From Savitreella phatthalungensis (lineage: Eukaryota): 64,000 bases of DNA. The stretch covers positions 1 to 64,000 of the forward strand of contig AP039699.1 of assembly GCA_051599415.1 (NCBI GenBank), written 5' to 3'. The translations under genes and the position numbers were made by a program. Positions 19,124-30,832 of the stretch are shown here, piece after piece. The first letter of the stretch is position 1; every line of letters starts with the position of its first letter. The notes below the pieces were generated by a model. That model was not told the DNA's origin. It saw only the letters and a list, made by a program, of their open reading frames with translations, and searched no databases.

Positions 19124-20104
19124 AGTGGGCACCCTGACTTAGGATCTTCATGGTATAATGCCTCAGGGTCGTCCGCTTCGCGCATTCCACCGCAGTAAGT
19201 GATCAGTGGCCTCGATATTGGTACATAGAACTTGGGCATGTCTCGCAGGCATGACATGCAGAACATATTCAATGAAGTCATCCTGAAGATACCAGCAGTA
19301 AAATTGTAATGTACGTACGTTTTATGTTCGCTGCTGTTTTAAGGACCCTGCAAGACCTTGAAAGAGATCGAAACGCAAGTCCAGCTGCTTCTACGCTTTG
19401 AGAGCACTGGTCTCTGTTCTAGATACCCAACTGGTGTCAAGTGCAGCACTCATGTGAATGATCAGGTAATACACGCAGCTGGAGAGCCCATGTCCTGCTC
19501 ATGAGCAGTCTCGGGACATTCCCGTGATACAGACAGACGCGAGCGGTCAAGCGAAGCCCATAAAGGCTGCTTCAAGGAGAACCCCGACCGAAATGGCAGG
19601 ATTGCGTCAACAATGCGTCTATGCTCTTGCAGGTCGACATGCTTTGCCAATTGATCCATATGAGCTGATCGGCCCTATGAAATTGGCTTTCTATGTCTCC
19701 AAGATTTGTGCAAGTAGGCATCTGTGGCAATCTCAGACAACGGATCGCCACGTGTATCGGCCCTGACTGTTCAATTCTACTCAACTTTGAGGCTTTCCTG
19801 CAGGTAGATGTTGTTGTGTGACGGGGAGAAGTAATATTATATCACGAAATCAGGAATTCTACGACGCTCGCGGCATCAGCTCTAGGGCTGCTTTGCAATT
19901 TATCTGCCTCGTTTGGGCACTGATGAAGTGAAGGTGTGGATTAAATAAATCAAGGTGCGCGTATGGTAATGTGATTGAAACACCGAATTCGTACATGAAT
20001 AGCGTGGCTTAGCCAACAGCTCAAAACTCGGAACCTGGACCTACCTGCAAGCAGATAATGTGCACGTATTTGCTCACAGGACACCAGAGGACCTACGTCA
20101 TGCA

Positions 20105-20914
20105 ATGTTTCGCTTGGTCGGCAGACGTGAAATAACCTCTTGGCAAGGCCGACAAATGTCAAGCTCATTTGGCACGATGTCCGCAGCGCGTAAGGACCAG
20201 TGTTTGATTTTCACAGGGTCTGATCGTGAGCAATATACGCGCGGCGAATTGAGCATCGAAGATATTGATCAAAGCTCGCCCTTCAATACTTTCCGGCAGT
20301 GGTTTGATGCTGCAAAAGAAGACGGCCTGACAGCCGATGCCGCCTGCCTCTCGACGGCTGAGCTTCCGAGTGGGAAGATCTCGTCTCGAATGGTGTTGCT
20401 CAAGGAACTCGACACGCGAGGCTTTGTCATCTATTCGAATTTCAAGACATCGCGTAAAGCTGCCGATCTGCGTACCAACCCGAACGCTTCGTTGTGCTTC
20501 TGGTACGAATCGATGGAGCGATCGATTCGAGTAGAGGGCACTGTAGAGCGCTTGACCTCGGAGGAGTCGCAGGTATACTTCGATACCAGACCTATGGGTA
20601 GTCGCATCGGTGCCTGGGCATCGCAACAAAGCAGCGTCATCAAGAACCGAGAAGTCCTGGAAATTCAAATAGCTGAGTGCGAGGAGAAGTTCGGGATGCG
20701 GTCCTGCGGTGACGTGAAAGATCAATCGCAAGAAATACTCGCACAATCTTGGCAGAAACGCATCCCTGTCCCTGATTACTGGGGAGGCTTGCGCATTGTG
20801 CCCGAACGCATCGAATTCTGGTCCGGGAGGAACAACAGACTACACGATCGGCTTGTGTTTGATAAGAACGTGGATTCTGATTCGGGCTGGCGAATCAGCA
20901 GGCTTTCACCATGA
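20105..20914 (+). CDS. PDX3: Pyridoxamine 5'-phosphate oxidase
   Basis: SSRMVLLKELD, SRKA, SRIGAWASQQS and EFWSGRNNRLHDR motifs. Start is uncertain (in-frame ATGs at 20105, 20156 and 20177). Confidence 0.95.
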   Translation: MFRLVGRREITSWQGRQMSSSFGTMSAARKDQCLIFTGSDREQYTRGELSIEDIDQSSPFNTFRQWFDAAKEDGLTADAACLSTAELPSGKISSRMVLLKELDTRGFVIYSNFKTSRKAADLRTNPNASLCFWYESMERSIRVEGTVERLTSEESQVYFDTRPMGSRIGAWASQQSSVIKNREVLEIQIAECEEKFGMRSCGDVKDQSQEILAQSWQKRIPVPDYWGGLRIVPERIEFWSGRNNRLHDRLVFDKNVDSDSGWRISRLSP

Positions 20915-21063
20915 TTCCACGGCTCAGGTCGATCATCTATTCATTATGTTTCAGGACGTCTTGAAACGTCTTTGAGCATGAAAAGGGGTTTGGTGTGCAC
21001 GAGCACTGGGATTTCTAAATCAAGGTGCATGGGACATATGACGTCGTCTGTCGCCATCGCTTC

Positions 21064-24000
21064 TCATGTGAGAAGGCTTGCGATGCGGGTTGCGACAGCT
21101 GGCGGGTAATCCTGAATATCCAACTCGTGCAGGATCTCCTTCGCTTTATCGGGTTCGCCCGCTGTCAGATACAGCCGAATCATGGCCTCATAGGTGGAAG
21201 GCTCTTTGCCGTTTGTACCGCTATCCAGAGGCAGAGCGTCGAAAAGCTTTCTACCCTTCACTGATTCGCCAGTCTTTTCGTAACCCTGGATCGCCAAATT
21301 CGTAGTATACGCATTCGGCTTCAGTTTCTGCTTCGACATCAGCCTAAGGGTCGCTTCCATGCCAGAAACATCGTCGTTCGCGACATAAGCTTCAAGCATT
21401 GCCTGTGCAAGCGTGTGGTCCAATGCGCAGGACGACAACGCACGCTCAAAATGTAGCTTTGCCATGTGCGAGTCTCGGAGGACAACACCATACATGAGAA
21501 TGATTTGCGCATGATGAATCGATTCGACCTGCACTCTGCAGGTCCGCATGTGTCGGATGACGTCCTCTGCGATGGTTGGATTAGCAGGTTGGATGTGTCC
21601 GTGTGCTTCGATCAGAAGACGATACGTGTGCGAAGACGGTGAGATGGCCCGACGCTGCAATTTGTCGAAATAGTGCAGAGCTTTTGCACGGTCTTTCTTG
21701 ACTTGCACAAAATGCTGTATCAAGGTATTATAGGGAGCGATCCGAGGCTGGTGGCCAGGCTGATCCTCAAGTTCTTGGAGGAATTGCTCGGCCTGTTCGG
21801 TCTTGCCCACTCGACAACACGCGTTGATGAGTGTACCAAAGGTAACAGCAGTAGGTGTGAGGCCGCAAGCCTTCATCTGTTCAAACATATCAAGAGCATC
21901 GTCTGATCTGCGAGCACGAGCCAGCTTAGCGATAACAGTGTTGAAGAGATAAACATCCGGTCGGACACCGTGTTCGACGGCTTGTCGAAAGATACCGATC
22001 GCTTCAGAGGCAGAGTCGTGACATTGCGCATCATCGATCTTCGCGATTCGTGCGGCGAATGAGCGGGCAGACGGCATATAGCCGAGATCGACAATACGCT
22101 TTTGCGCGGCTTGACCTTGCGTCGAGTGCGCCATATCGAACCACGCTATGGCGATGAAGTCCAGCAAGAGTGCTTGGCCGGCAGCATCCTCAGCCGAATC
22201 AATGAGGCTTCCTCGCACAGATCGCAGGAGGGGCTCCTGAAGATCTCGAAGCGTGTGAGCTGCGCCGACCTGTCCCAGAAATGAAATGAGCTGGATTGCT
22301 ACTTCACCGGGCAGGAACCCGCCACCATTGAGTTCTTTCGAAACTGCTGAGATGAGAATTTCCGGCGCACTCGTCGGTGAATTTCGCAGAGTCTGGCGCA
22401 GAGTAGCACAAAGTGTGCGTGTGCCGTCGTGAGACCTTGCGTGCATCGGAGTGAAAACTTGCCGGGCGATCGAAAGGTGTTTTCCGGTGCGTTGAGGCAA
22501 AGCATTTTGCTCAATGATAATCAATCTGCGTATGTCTGCTTGTATAGACGGGAGACTGAGGCGATCGGCAATCAAAGCCAATTCGGAAAGTGTTCTTCGG
22601 TCGAGTGAGGCGGCGAAAGCTTCAAGCTTGGCACTCAGCCTCGCGAAGCACCGCGAGAAGACTTCCGCTGCACGGGCTAAATTGGCTTCTTCCACAACTC
22701 CGTCTCGCCGACCAAGCAGTAATCTTGCAATATTGGTGAACCGCTCGAGTAGTAGAATGTCAATTTCTTCAGCTTCAACAGCCTCTGCTATCCCGTCAAT
22801 CCAAAGCGCGGCCGTGCGCTCCGTCGCGAGCCCTGGACGTGACGAGATCGGGCCAGCCAGAGCACGAAGATTTTCGGAGCTTAAATGATGCCCATCGTAC
22901 ATTTGCTGTAACAAGATTTCAAGGAGAACGGCTCTGTGCTGTACCTTTGCGTCTCGGCCTGATGTCTGGACCTCCAGCAGGCGACAAAGCATTTCTACAG
23001 CGTCCCTGTCCCGTCCTGCAGCGAGTAGTCGGGAAAGCGCTGCCTCCCAAGCACCTAGATGCAGGTCAAGCGCTTGACCGCTCAAACATCTTGCGCAGAA
23101 TTGTGCGAGCTCGTCTATGAGCCCATGGTGACATAGCGCGGCGAGGATCTCGGTGGACGCATTCTGCACGCTGTGGAAGGATGGGTAGTGCAAGATCAGC
23201 GTGAGCACTTTCCGCAGTGTCTCGATGTCATCGCATCGCGCAGCTGCGCAGCCGATTGTAGCTAGAACTCGATCCTGCTGTGCTTTTGAACCAGGGCTGA
23301 TGTCGGCATAGCAAGATAGCGCGAGCTCTCCGTGACCGTTCGCTACGAGCGTCGAGATTATCTTTTGGGAATGCCAAGTGAGCTGCGACGTATCCCTGTG
23401 TAGGTGGATGACACGCTTCCAAAATTTCAACCCTTTCTCCGGCTGTTTAGCGACCACGTATGCCTCGGCTACCGCGGCATAGACGGCATGAATATTGTGC
23501 TGCGCGATATGTGCTATGCGCGCCTTGTATAGGTCAAACACACTAATTGCTTCCTCGAGCTCGCCTGCAGCAGCCAAGCATTCGACCATGTGAATGTAAC
23601 TCTGAGACGATTGTGCCACGTTGTGTTCTCCAAAGTAATCAAAAATTTGGATCGCTGTGCTTCTGTCCGCACGCTGCGCGCATATCGCTAGGAGAGCGTC
23701 CAGTGTCTCCACGTCGTAGCTTGGCCTCGCTGAAGACAGGCTCGCTGTGAAGAGCTCTACAGCATTTCTGCCGACCTCGTTTCCCACAGCCATATCAACC
23801 ATAGCCAGCTCGTCTCCGGCTGATTGCAGGCCAGACGCATGTCGCGATAACCAGGAAAACTTATTCAGCAGATCAACCTCGGACTTCCAATGTCGAATGA
23901 GTATCCTCATCAGCAGGACGTATGTCTGCTCATCTGGGAGCTGATTGCCCTGCAACAGTCGGCCGAACAGGTCGATGCCATGTTCGAGGCTCGCTTGATA

Positions 24001-24627
24001 TCTCTTGTGGATCCCGAGCGATGTGTAGTATGCTTGATCAGATCGCGCTCGGTAGTCCAAAGCGTCCACGGCTACCAGAGCGATATTGAATGCTTCAAGT
24101 CCTGCTGTCGCGCCTGTGTCAAGATGATGTATGAGCCTGTCATAGACGTCCGTGTAGCACTCGGTCTGCAAACGACCCGCCAGATCAGCGATAAGCTCGC
24201 TATCTCCCTTTCTTGAAGGCACGCTCGATGTGTCCGGTCCTGCCACAAGTGCTGCGACACCATCTTGATCGGAGACTACTCGACCTTCAAACAATAGGGT
24301 TTCTGAGGATGTAGAGTACGACCTCTTATTGAAGTGAGTCAGGAGCTGCGCTCGCCGATGATCGTGTTTCGAATCTTGCGAAGCGTCATCATTGCTTGAA
24401 CCACCGATGATCAAAGCCTGCTGCGCAAAGTGCTGGACACCTTGGGAAGCTGTGTAGGATTGGCCGCTCCAGGAAGAGAACCCGGCGCTATCGGCTGCAA
24501 GGCTCAATTTCGGCCTTACGGCTGTGAGAGCTGAGGAATGTGTAGTATTCGCCGTGAAGAATGCTTGACCATGCTGCTTGGTGATGCGCGAAAGGTGCGA
24601 CAGTAGACTCGACTTCAGATACACCAT
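21064..24627 (-). CDS. Mitochondrial pentatricopeptide repeat protein (Ppr5-like)
   Basis: Tandem 35-aa PPR units (PDVYLFNTVIAKLAR.., PTAVTFGTLINACCRVG.., PYNTLIQ.., PSSHTYRLLI..) and a basic N-terminus. Confidence 0.9.
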   Translation of the reverse strand: MVYLKSSLLSHLSRITKQHGQAFFTANTTHSSALTAVRPKLSLAADSAGFSSWSGQSYTASQGVQHFAQQALIIGGSSNDDASQDSKHDHRRAQLLTHFNKRSYSTSSETLLFEGRVVSDQDGVAALVAGPDTSSVPSRKGDSELIADLAGRLQTECYTDVYDRLIHHLDTGATAGLEAFNIALVAVDALDYRARSDQAYYTSLGIHKRYQASLEHGIDLFGRLLQGNQLPDEQTYVLLMRILIRHWKSEVDLLNKFSWLSRHASGLQSAGDELAMVDMAVGNEVGRNAVELFTASLSSARPSYDVETLDALLAICAQRADRSTAIQIFDYFGEHNVAQSSQSYIHMVECLAAAGELEEAISVFDLYKARIAHIAQHNIHAVYAAVAEAYVVAKQPEKGLKFWKRVIHLHRDTSQLTWHSQKIISTLVANGHGELALSCYADISPGSKAQQDRVLATIGCAAARCDDIETLRKVLTLILHYPSFHSVQNASTEILAALCHHGLIDELAQFCARCLSGQALDLHLGAWEAALSRLLAAGRDRDAVEMLCRLLEVQTSGRDAKVQHRAVLLEILLQQMYDGHHLSSENLRALAGPISSRPGLATERTAALWIDGIAEAVEAEEIDILLLERFTNIARLLLGRRDGVVEEANLARAAEVFSRCFARLSAKLEAFAASLDRRTLSELALIADRLSLPSIQADIRRLIIIEQNALPQRTGKHLSIARQVFTPMHARSHDGTRTLCATLRQTLRNSPTSAPEILISAVSKELNGGGFLPGEVAIQLISFLGQVGAAHTLRDLQEPLLRSVRGSLIDSAEDAAGQALLLDFIAIAWFDMAHSTQGQAAQKRIVDLGYMPSARSFAARIAKIDDAQCHDSASEAIGIFRQAVEHGVRPDVYLFNTVIAKLARARRSDDALDMFEQMKACGLTPTAVTFGTLINACCRVGKTEQAEQFLQELEDQPGHQPRIAPYNTLIQHFVQVKKDRAKALHYFDKLQRRAISPSSHTYRLLIEAHGHIQPANPTIAEDVIRHMRTCRVQVESIHHAQIILMYGVVLRDSHMAKLHFERALSSCALDHTLAQAMLEAYVANDDVSGMEATLRLMSKQKLKPNAYTTNLAIQGYEKTGESVKGRKLFDALPLDSGTNGKEPSTYEAMIRLYLTAGEPDKAKEILHELDIQDYPPAVATRIASLLT

Positions 24628-25252
24628 CTAGGCAAGCCAGCCGAGTGGCGGACCTCGTCGTTCTACGTTTGCACCTATAGGGGGCACGCGACCAATGCGT
24701 TCCGATAGGTCGTAGTCACTGGATGTGTCGAGATAAAAATGTGAAGCTAGACAAGTCATATTTGTATGTGCTCGAGATCAGAAGCACATGTAAGCACGTG
24801 AGCCACTGATCTCGTAATTTATATGTGGTGTATATAGATATACTCATTGCAAGATTCGGATATGCAAAATATCCGTCCAGGGATACTCATACCATCAATA
24901 TATATATGTATAATATCGAATTGATTTTTAATAATGTACGTATGTCAAATGTGCGTTAAGTTCCCCGAATGACTATAGCTAGTTCTGATCGATGAATATC
25001 GGGGATCAGCCGCGATCGAGGGGAGGATGGAGCCTTGAGCATCTTGCCGTGGCACGCTCTGCCGAATTGATGGGATCAGATGCAGGAAGTTGTCATGGCG
25101 TCCGGAGGATAGAAACCGGGTAGGGACCTATTGAATCGTCTGGCAGCATGTGTTGAACCTGTGCGGACTGTTCAGGCGAGCCGAAGAATTTTAGCTGGCA
25201 TAGCCAGTTGGGCTCGTGTATTTGAGACATCACTCCTCGAGCCGCATGATCA

Positions 25253-26797
25253 ATGGAACGCAAGTCAAGTATGTCGGTTCTTCTCGTATGTTCACTAGCG
25301 ACAGTCTTTGCACGGACGCAAGAAGTCTTCACGGAGATGGATTGTCCGGATTACCAGGATCATTCGACCCGCATTCATAATCCATTGAGCAGAGGGCCCA
25401 TAGGTCTGCCGTTTCAGCGCCCTTCAGTAGCATGTCGGACCTTTCGGTCTGAGGGCGTCGAGCGATTGATCGAACACACGAAATCCCGAATCAGAGACCC
25501 TGACTTGGCACGATTATTCGAGAACTGCTTTCCCAACACGCTAGATACGACGGTCCGATGGCATGACGACGCCTTGCCGGAGACGTTTGTCATCACAGGC
25601 GATATCAATGCTATGTGGCTACGCGATTCGACCTTCCAACTAGAAGGATATCATGACATCAGCAGTACAGACATGCCTTTGGCGAGACTTATTGCGGGCG
25701 TCGTACAGACACAGGCCAAGTTTCTCTTGCAGAACCCTTACTGTAATGCCTTTCAGCCGCCGCGTGCCTCAGGACTGAAACCAGTCGGCAACAATTTTCG
25801 CGATACAGTCGAGCCGGCGTATGATCCCGACGTGGTGTTCGAATGCAAATATGAGATCGATTCGATCGCCTCCTTCTTACATATTTCATGGCGCCACTGG
25901 CAGGCAACCGCAGATATCAAGATGTTCACTCCCGTATGGATAGAAGCCGTGGAAGCTGTGATGCGCGTCATTAGCGAGCAGTCGCAGCCTTCATTTGATG
26001 TTCGGACAGGCAAGTATCAGCCAAATAAGTATACTTGGCGACGTCAGACGGATTCCGCCACTGAAACGCTTGCACTCGATGGCAGTGGCTTTCCCGTTGC
26101 AGCGAACACATCGCTGGTACGCTCGGCTTTCCGTCCATCAGACGACGCATCCGTGTTACAGTTCCTGATTCCTGCGAACGCTTTTCTTGCAGTCGAGCTC
26201 GACCATCTGTCTAATATCCTCGAGACTGCACAGACATTGGGAATCAATGGCGCGTCAAAATGGGTAGTAAAGGCTCTGGAAATCAGCAAATCATTGCATG
26301 ATGGTATAAACAAGCACGGAGTGGTCGAGCATGCTGAATTTGGACGCGTGTTCGCCTATGAGGTCGACGGCTTTGGATCGAGACTGCATATGGATGATGC
26401 GAACACGCCAAGCTTACTAGGCCTGCCTCTTTTGGGATTCGTCAATCGCGATGACGTCCTGTACAAAAATACTCGGCGATTGGTCCTGAGCAAGAATGGA
26501 AATCCCTGGTTCGTGCGGGGCGCCGAGCTTGAGGGAGTCGGGTCTCCGCACACGCCACCAGACAATGTATGGCCCATGTCAATCATCGTGCGCATCATGA
26601 CCAGCGACGACGAGATCGAGATCAGAAAGAATCTCGACGTGTTGGTGCGTACAACTGGCAACTTAGGCCTGATGCATGAATCCATCAATGCATGGAATCC
26701 TGGCATTTATACACGGCCCTGGTTCGCTTGGGCAAATGCCCTCTTTGGTCAGATGATCGTCGACCTACTCGATCGCTTCCCTCAAGTTCTTTCTTGA
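25253..26797 (+). CDS. GH125 exo-alpha-1,6-mannosidase (DUF1237, Mug157-like)
   Basis: FENCFPNTLDTT, ITGDINAMWLRDS, KYEIDS, FRPSDD, MDDAN and TRPWFAWAN motifs, with a signal-like N-terminus. Confidence 0.93.
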   Translation: MERKSSMSVLLVCSLATVFARTQEVFTEMDCPDYQDHSTRIHNPLSRGPIGLPFQRPSVACRTFRSEGVERLIEHTKSRIRDPDLARLFENCFPNTLDTTVRWHDDALPETFVITGDINAMWLRDSTFQLEGYHDISSTDMPLARLIAGVVQTQAKFLLQNPYCNAFQPPRASGLKPVGNNFRDTVEPAYDPDVVFECKYEIDSIASFLHISWRHWQATADIKMFTPVWIEAVEAVMRVISEQSQPSFDVRTGKYQPNKYTWRRQTDSATETLALDGSGFPVAANTSLVRSAFRPSDDASVLQFLIPANAFLAVELDHLSNILETAQTLGINGASKWVVKALEISKSLHDGINKHGVVEHAEFGRVFAYEVDGFGSRLHMDDANTPSLLGLPLLGFVNRDDVLYKNTRRLVLSKNGNPWFVRGAELEGVGSPHTPPDNVWPMSIIVRIMTSDDEIEIRKNLDVLVRTTGNLGLMHESINAWNPGIYTRPWFAWANALFGQMIVDLLDRFPQVLS

Positions 26798-26804
26798 CTC
26801 TGCT

Positions 26805-27923
26805 TCAAGCCTTCTTTTTTGTGAAGTATGTAGCGATCGACGCAGACCCAGCTGGCTTCCTTGTCTTTACTGCAGCAGTCTCAGCCGTCTTACTGCTTTT
26901 TGCTGCTTTCTGCTGCTTCGGGGTCGGAGCACGTCTCGCCTCACATGAATTGCTCATCTCATCGTCGCTAACCCAAACATATTCGTCCTTAGTGACCATA
27001 TAACCTTTCGAATCCATGCTGTGGGTTTGTCGTTTGATGCGCTTCTTTCCACGCTGCAATGGCGGTTTCTCTCTGCCACTGTCCATGTCAGCATTTTCCG
27101 TGACAGACATGCACTGATCGCGGGCCAGGTGCCGTGTGTCGTCGCTCGCGGTCGTTTCAACGCAATGTTCCAGGGAAGCGACGATAGGTAAAGGGTCATC
27201 AAGATCCATCATCACCTGCAACGCAGCGCGCTCCACGGAACGCTGATCTTGTTGACCAGACATACCTGTTAATCCCTGTGACTCAGCGAGCGAGCGATTC
27301 GTGGTGGATGACGGGTGTACCGGTGTTTCAATCATTTCCTGCGCAGTCGGGACGGTGAGACTCTGCCTGACCGTAAGATCGTGCCGCCTGCTCTCTCTTG
27401 CCTGAATATCTATGTGGGCACAAACACCAAAGACCTCTGACATATAGGCGTTATTGGATGGTTGATCAGCCATAGCTGCCTCGACATCATATGAAACAGA
27501 GAGTATAGGTGCCACATCCTGTAGCCTCGCTGGTTCAACACTGTATATCACGCAGTGCCGCACATCTAGGCTGGCTTTTTCATGCTGAAGGTCTTCCTCG
27601 GAGACGAGGACCATCCTGCTGTATTCAACAGCACCAGTGAGTCCCGGGTTTTCGCTTGCAGCATGACGAAGCGATACAGACGCCCCATCGGGAGCGACCC
27701 GCTCCGACCTATCACTCGCGCTCTTGGCGTTGTACTCTCGCTGACTCCCGTACAACATGTATGTTGCATGTGTATCGGGGCGAAGAGATCGCCAGCGGAG
27801 AAGATGATCACGCGCCTCGGAGACTTTGCATCTGAGCAGCCTTGACAAGAGCTTCTGGGTCACGATCTTCCTCTCGGCGATGACCCATTTGTCGAGGAGA
27901 TGCTCTATCTCCGCATCTGTCAT
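26805..27923 (-). CDS. cdc27: DNA polymerase delta subunit 3 (Cdc27/Pol32/POLD3)
   Basis: N-terminal KIVTQKLLSRLL and IYSVEP; DPIM-like MDSKGYMVTKDEYVW; C-terminal PIP-like SIATYF. Confidence 0.85.
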   Translation of the reverse strand: MTDAEIEHLLDKWVIAERKIVTQKLLSRLLRCKVSEARDHLLRWRSLRPDTHATYMLYGSQREYNAKSASDRSERVAPDGASVSLRHAASENPGLTGAVEYSRMVLVSEEDLQHEKASLDVRHCVIYSVEPARLQDVAPILSVSYDVEAAMADQPSNNAYMSEVFGVCAHIDIQARESRRHDLTVRQSLTVPTAQEMIETPVHPSSTTNRSLAESQGLTGMSGQQDQRSVERAALQVMMDLDDPLPIVASLEHCVETTASDDTRHLARDQCMSVTENADMDSGREKPPLQRGKKRIKRQTHSMDSKGYMVTKDEYVWVSDDEMSNSCEARRAPTPKQQKAAKSSKTAETAAVKTRKPAGSASIATYFTKKKA

Positions 27924-28155
27924 GCCGTGACAAGATGTCGCAGTCCTCCTTTCATCGCAGCATTTCGTTTGGCTCGCATTTGGAACATTTGACAAGCGGG
28001 CACACGGAGAATTGACGTCGAGCTCGTTGAATCACACCAAATTTCGATTGATCCGCATTAACAATTAAAATTTATGTTGAGCTCGGCGGAAAATCAAGGT
28101 TAAGTAATCGTTTCAGCTAGCGATAGGCGATTACATATAGGACTGCGAATGAGTC

Positions 28156-29356
28156 CTATTTCCAAACGTCACTCGTTGAATAAAGGTCGTCAAAGGCGCC
28201 AGTCACTGGTACATTTGATTTCGTCTGCGACGGTGAATGCGCGCCTGACTGAAACCCACCAAACTCGTCCGTATTGTAGGCACCCCATGGGTCGAGCGGT
28301 TCTTGCGCCTGTGTCGTTCCTCTGGTGGCTGTCGACTGCGCCTGTGGAATGGGTCGCTGCGACGGCTGCAAAGCTTGTGAGCCACGTGCTGCAGAATTGA
28401 CGTTCATGCCGCCAAAAAGACCCGTGAGTTCGTCGAAAGCGCCGGGACGGCTTGTGCCATCGGCGACAGGCCGTTTTGGCGCTGACCATGATGTATGCAT
28501 CGAATTAGGAGCTGTCTCATGGCTCCTGAGACTTTGTGATCGCGGTGCGCTGGCGTATAGAGACATGATAGACATCTTCAAGTCGTTCCGTCCAGGCTTA
28601 GGTTCTGATAATTTTATCGAGGCGTGCCTATCCGCGAAAAGCGAGCCTGACGATGGGGTATCTGTGCTTGTCAGCAAGTCGACATTTGTCGCACAGCTTG
28701 CTGAAGATCCTGCTTCTCGCGACTGTGAAGCGCGCGGTTGCGGTTGCGTTGTGAAGTCGAGTCCAAGCAAAGACTCCTGCGGTTTGATCTCACGGGCAGG
28801 CGAACGCAATCTGCGCTGCGCAAATCGCTCTGGGGACGGTCCGTGATCTGCATGAATTGTGCGGTCGGGCTGCTCGGTCTTCACTATGGTTGTTTGGCTG
28901 TCGACAGACAAAGTGGAAGGGTCTGGTGTTTCCGTAGATGCTGCCCATTTTCGCGCAACGTACTTTGCCTTGATGAATGCGTCAACTCTCGCGTCGCTAG
29001 GAGTGTAATTGTCTTCCAACTTGGCTTCCCAATAGCTATTAGCCCGTTCATTTCCCCATATCACCATCGATCGTGCCTGCTCATCTGTCCATGCATCGAG
29101 ATCAACGGATTTCACTCGAGAGATGTGCGTTCCTAGGCTGCGGTGAATGCCTGAGCATCGTATACAGAGAAAAATGCCAAGGTTCCACGATGCCCAACGG
29201 GGATGATCCGCAGTCTTGCAATCACAGCAGAACTTGTTTGACTAGTTGGTTAGCAATGATCGTTAGAAAGGGTGAAGGACTTACAGATTGTCTGAGCAGA
29301 CCTTTGAGTAAGGTGGCATTATTGTCCGCTCTGGACTTGGCCACTCGTGAAGTCAT
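28156..29356 (-). CDS. ArfGAP (Age2/SMAP-type), 2 exons
   Basis: Intron 29242-29284 (GTAAGT..CTAAC..TAG) gives NKFCCDC..PRWASWNLGIFLCIRCSGIHRSLGTHISRVKSVDLD. Confidence 0.93.
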
Positions 29357-29738
29357 TCTCGCGCTGTAGCTGTCCAGAGAAGCGCTCGGACAAAGCTGGC
29401 GGCTGTTCTGCGCTCGGATTGAGCGATCGCGAGCGCTGTGGCCGACGTAATTAAAGACAAGGTGTTACAATGGATGTGAGTAGGTTCAGCCAGGTTGCAA
29501 AGTACGTACGTATATATGCTCAAATCGCGCTTGTCCTTTGATTGAATTCACGCATAGGTAGGAATAAGTTATGCATGCGGTCGATTTCCATCGTCACTTT
29601 CTGACGCGGCGCAACACATGCATGATCTGAGAACAGACATAGTCAAATGCGAAATCAGGGAAACTGCAAAGTTACGTCTCGTCGTCATTTCCAGAACATC
29701 ATGGAGGGTAGCTCAGAGGTCTAGGAACACTCAGGAGC

Positions 29739-30416
29739 ATGGAATCTGCCGCCTCGCCAGGATCGACGCGGCGCACGACAGCTGATGGCAGTAATCGTCA
29801 AGGCCTGCGATCGGTGCCTTCCGAGGCTAGTCTGTCTGAAACAGTGGCTCGACTGTCAAAGCTGCGCGATGTTACGCATACGAGTGACGCGCCATCTCTC
29901 CGGCTGGCCAAAGGTCCAAGAAGCAAGTCGACTTCAATGTACATAGACGTCGCGACACCACAGGCAGATTTCATTTCGGCTGAAAACGGTGATAGCGAAG
30001 TCGATGAGGCTGATTTCGGAGAAGCTCAAGATCATTCTGATCAAGACCTCGAGGGCGTTGCTGCTGACAAGGCACGTGTGAAGGTCTTGCTCGACTGCTT
30101 CGACAAGCAGCAGATCGGCCGCTACGAAGTGTACCGTCGCGCTGTCCTCAATAAAGCGAATGTCCGCCGCGTTGCGAACCAGCTCTCGGGTCAGACCTTG
30201 TCGCAAAACATTGCGGTCGTTATAGCCGGCAGTGCGAAAGTCTTCGTCGGCGAGATTGTCGAGCTTGCGCTAGCTATGCGGGCGAATAGAGGAAGTGTTG
30301 GACCCCTAGCCCCTCTCGACTTGCAAGAAGCTTACCGAGCACACAGACAGATGCGTCGCCATGTTACGGGTGAGAACGACGCACGATCCTCGCACAAACG
30401 ACGCGTGCTGCGGTAG
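29739..30416 (+). CDS. TAF11: TFIID subunit 11
   Basis: TAFII28 histone fold: Q..RYEVYRR..L.K..., AKVFVGEIVE, GPL.P..L.EAYR. Confidence 0.92.
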   Translation: MESAASPGSTRRTTADGSNRQGLRSVPSEASLSETVARLSKLRDVTHTSDAPSLRLAKGPRSKSTSMYIDVATPQADFISAENGDSEVDEADFGEAQDHSDQDLEGVAADKARVKVLLDCFDKQQIGRYEVYRRAVLNKANVRRVANQLSGQTLSQNIAVVIAGSAKVFVGEIVELALAMRANRGSVGPLAPLDLQEAYRAHRQMRRHVTGENDARSSHKRRVLR

Positions 30417-30421
30417 AATAA

Positions 30422-30832
30422 TTATGCTCCATGAAGTTTGTAGGATTTCTGCTCCAGGCTAGCGATTTGCGTAGACGCGCTCCTTGTCATCCATATTAGC
30501 GACCAGCACAAGGCACCAATTATTGAAGCAACCGCCCAAATCGCATCCCACGGAGCCGCAATCCACAGTGCCGTGCAGATCATTGTGTTGACTAGCAAAA
30601 GTTGCATGAGATCCGTCACACCGGCGCGACCTTTTGCTGCCGAAACGGCGCTGCAGCAAATGCTAGCGATGGCTAGAGATGTAGTCGCCCATGGTGTCGT
30701 CCTCACTTTTACGAAAATAAATATCAACGCGAGTAGGCAAAGACCAAGCACAGTGGTATTATACTGCTTTGCTGCTGCCGACAGCTCTCGCCAAAAAGTG
30801 TCAACGGTCTCTTGTTGCTCTTGCTCATCCAT
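30422..30832 (-). CDS. Small multi-pass membrane protein, conserved fungal hypothetical
   Basis: MDEQEQ start motif, about 4 hydrophobic segments and a C-terminal LEQKSYKLHGA. An upstream exon is possible. Confidence 0.7.
   Translation of the reverse strand: MDEQEQQETVDTFWRELSAAAKQYNTTVLGLCLLALIFIFVKVRTTPWATTSLAIASICCSAVSAAKGRAGVTDLMQLLLVNTMICTALWIAAPWDAIWAVASIIGALCWSLIWMTRSASTQIASLEQKSYKLHGA

Noticed and set aside
19130..19800. Possible multi-exon gene on - between the thioesterase and PDX3
   Set aside because: Splice-like signals exist, but I could not build a stop-free model.
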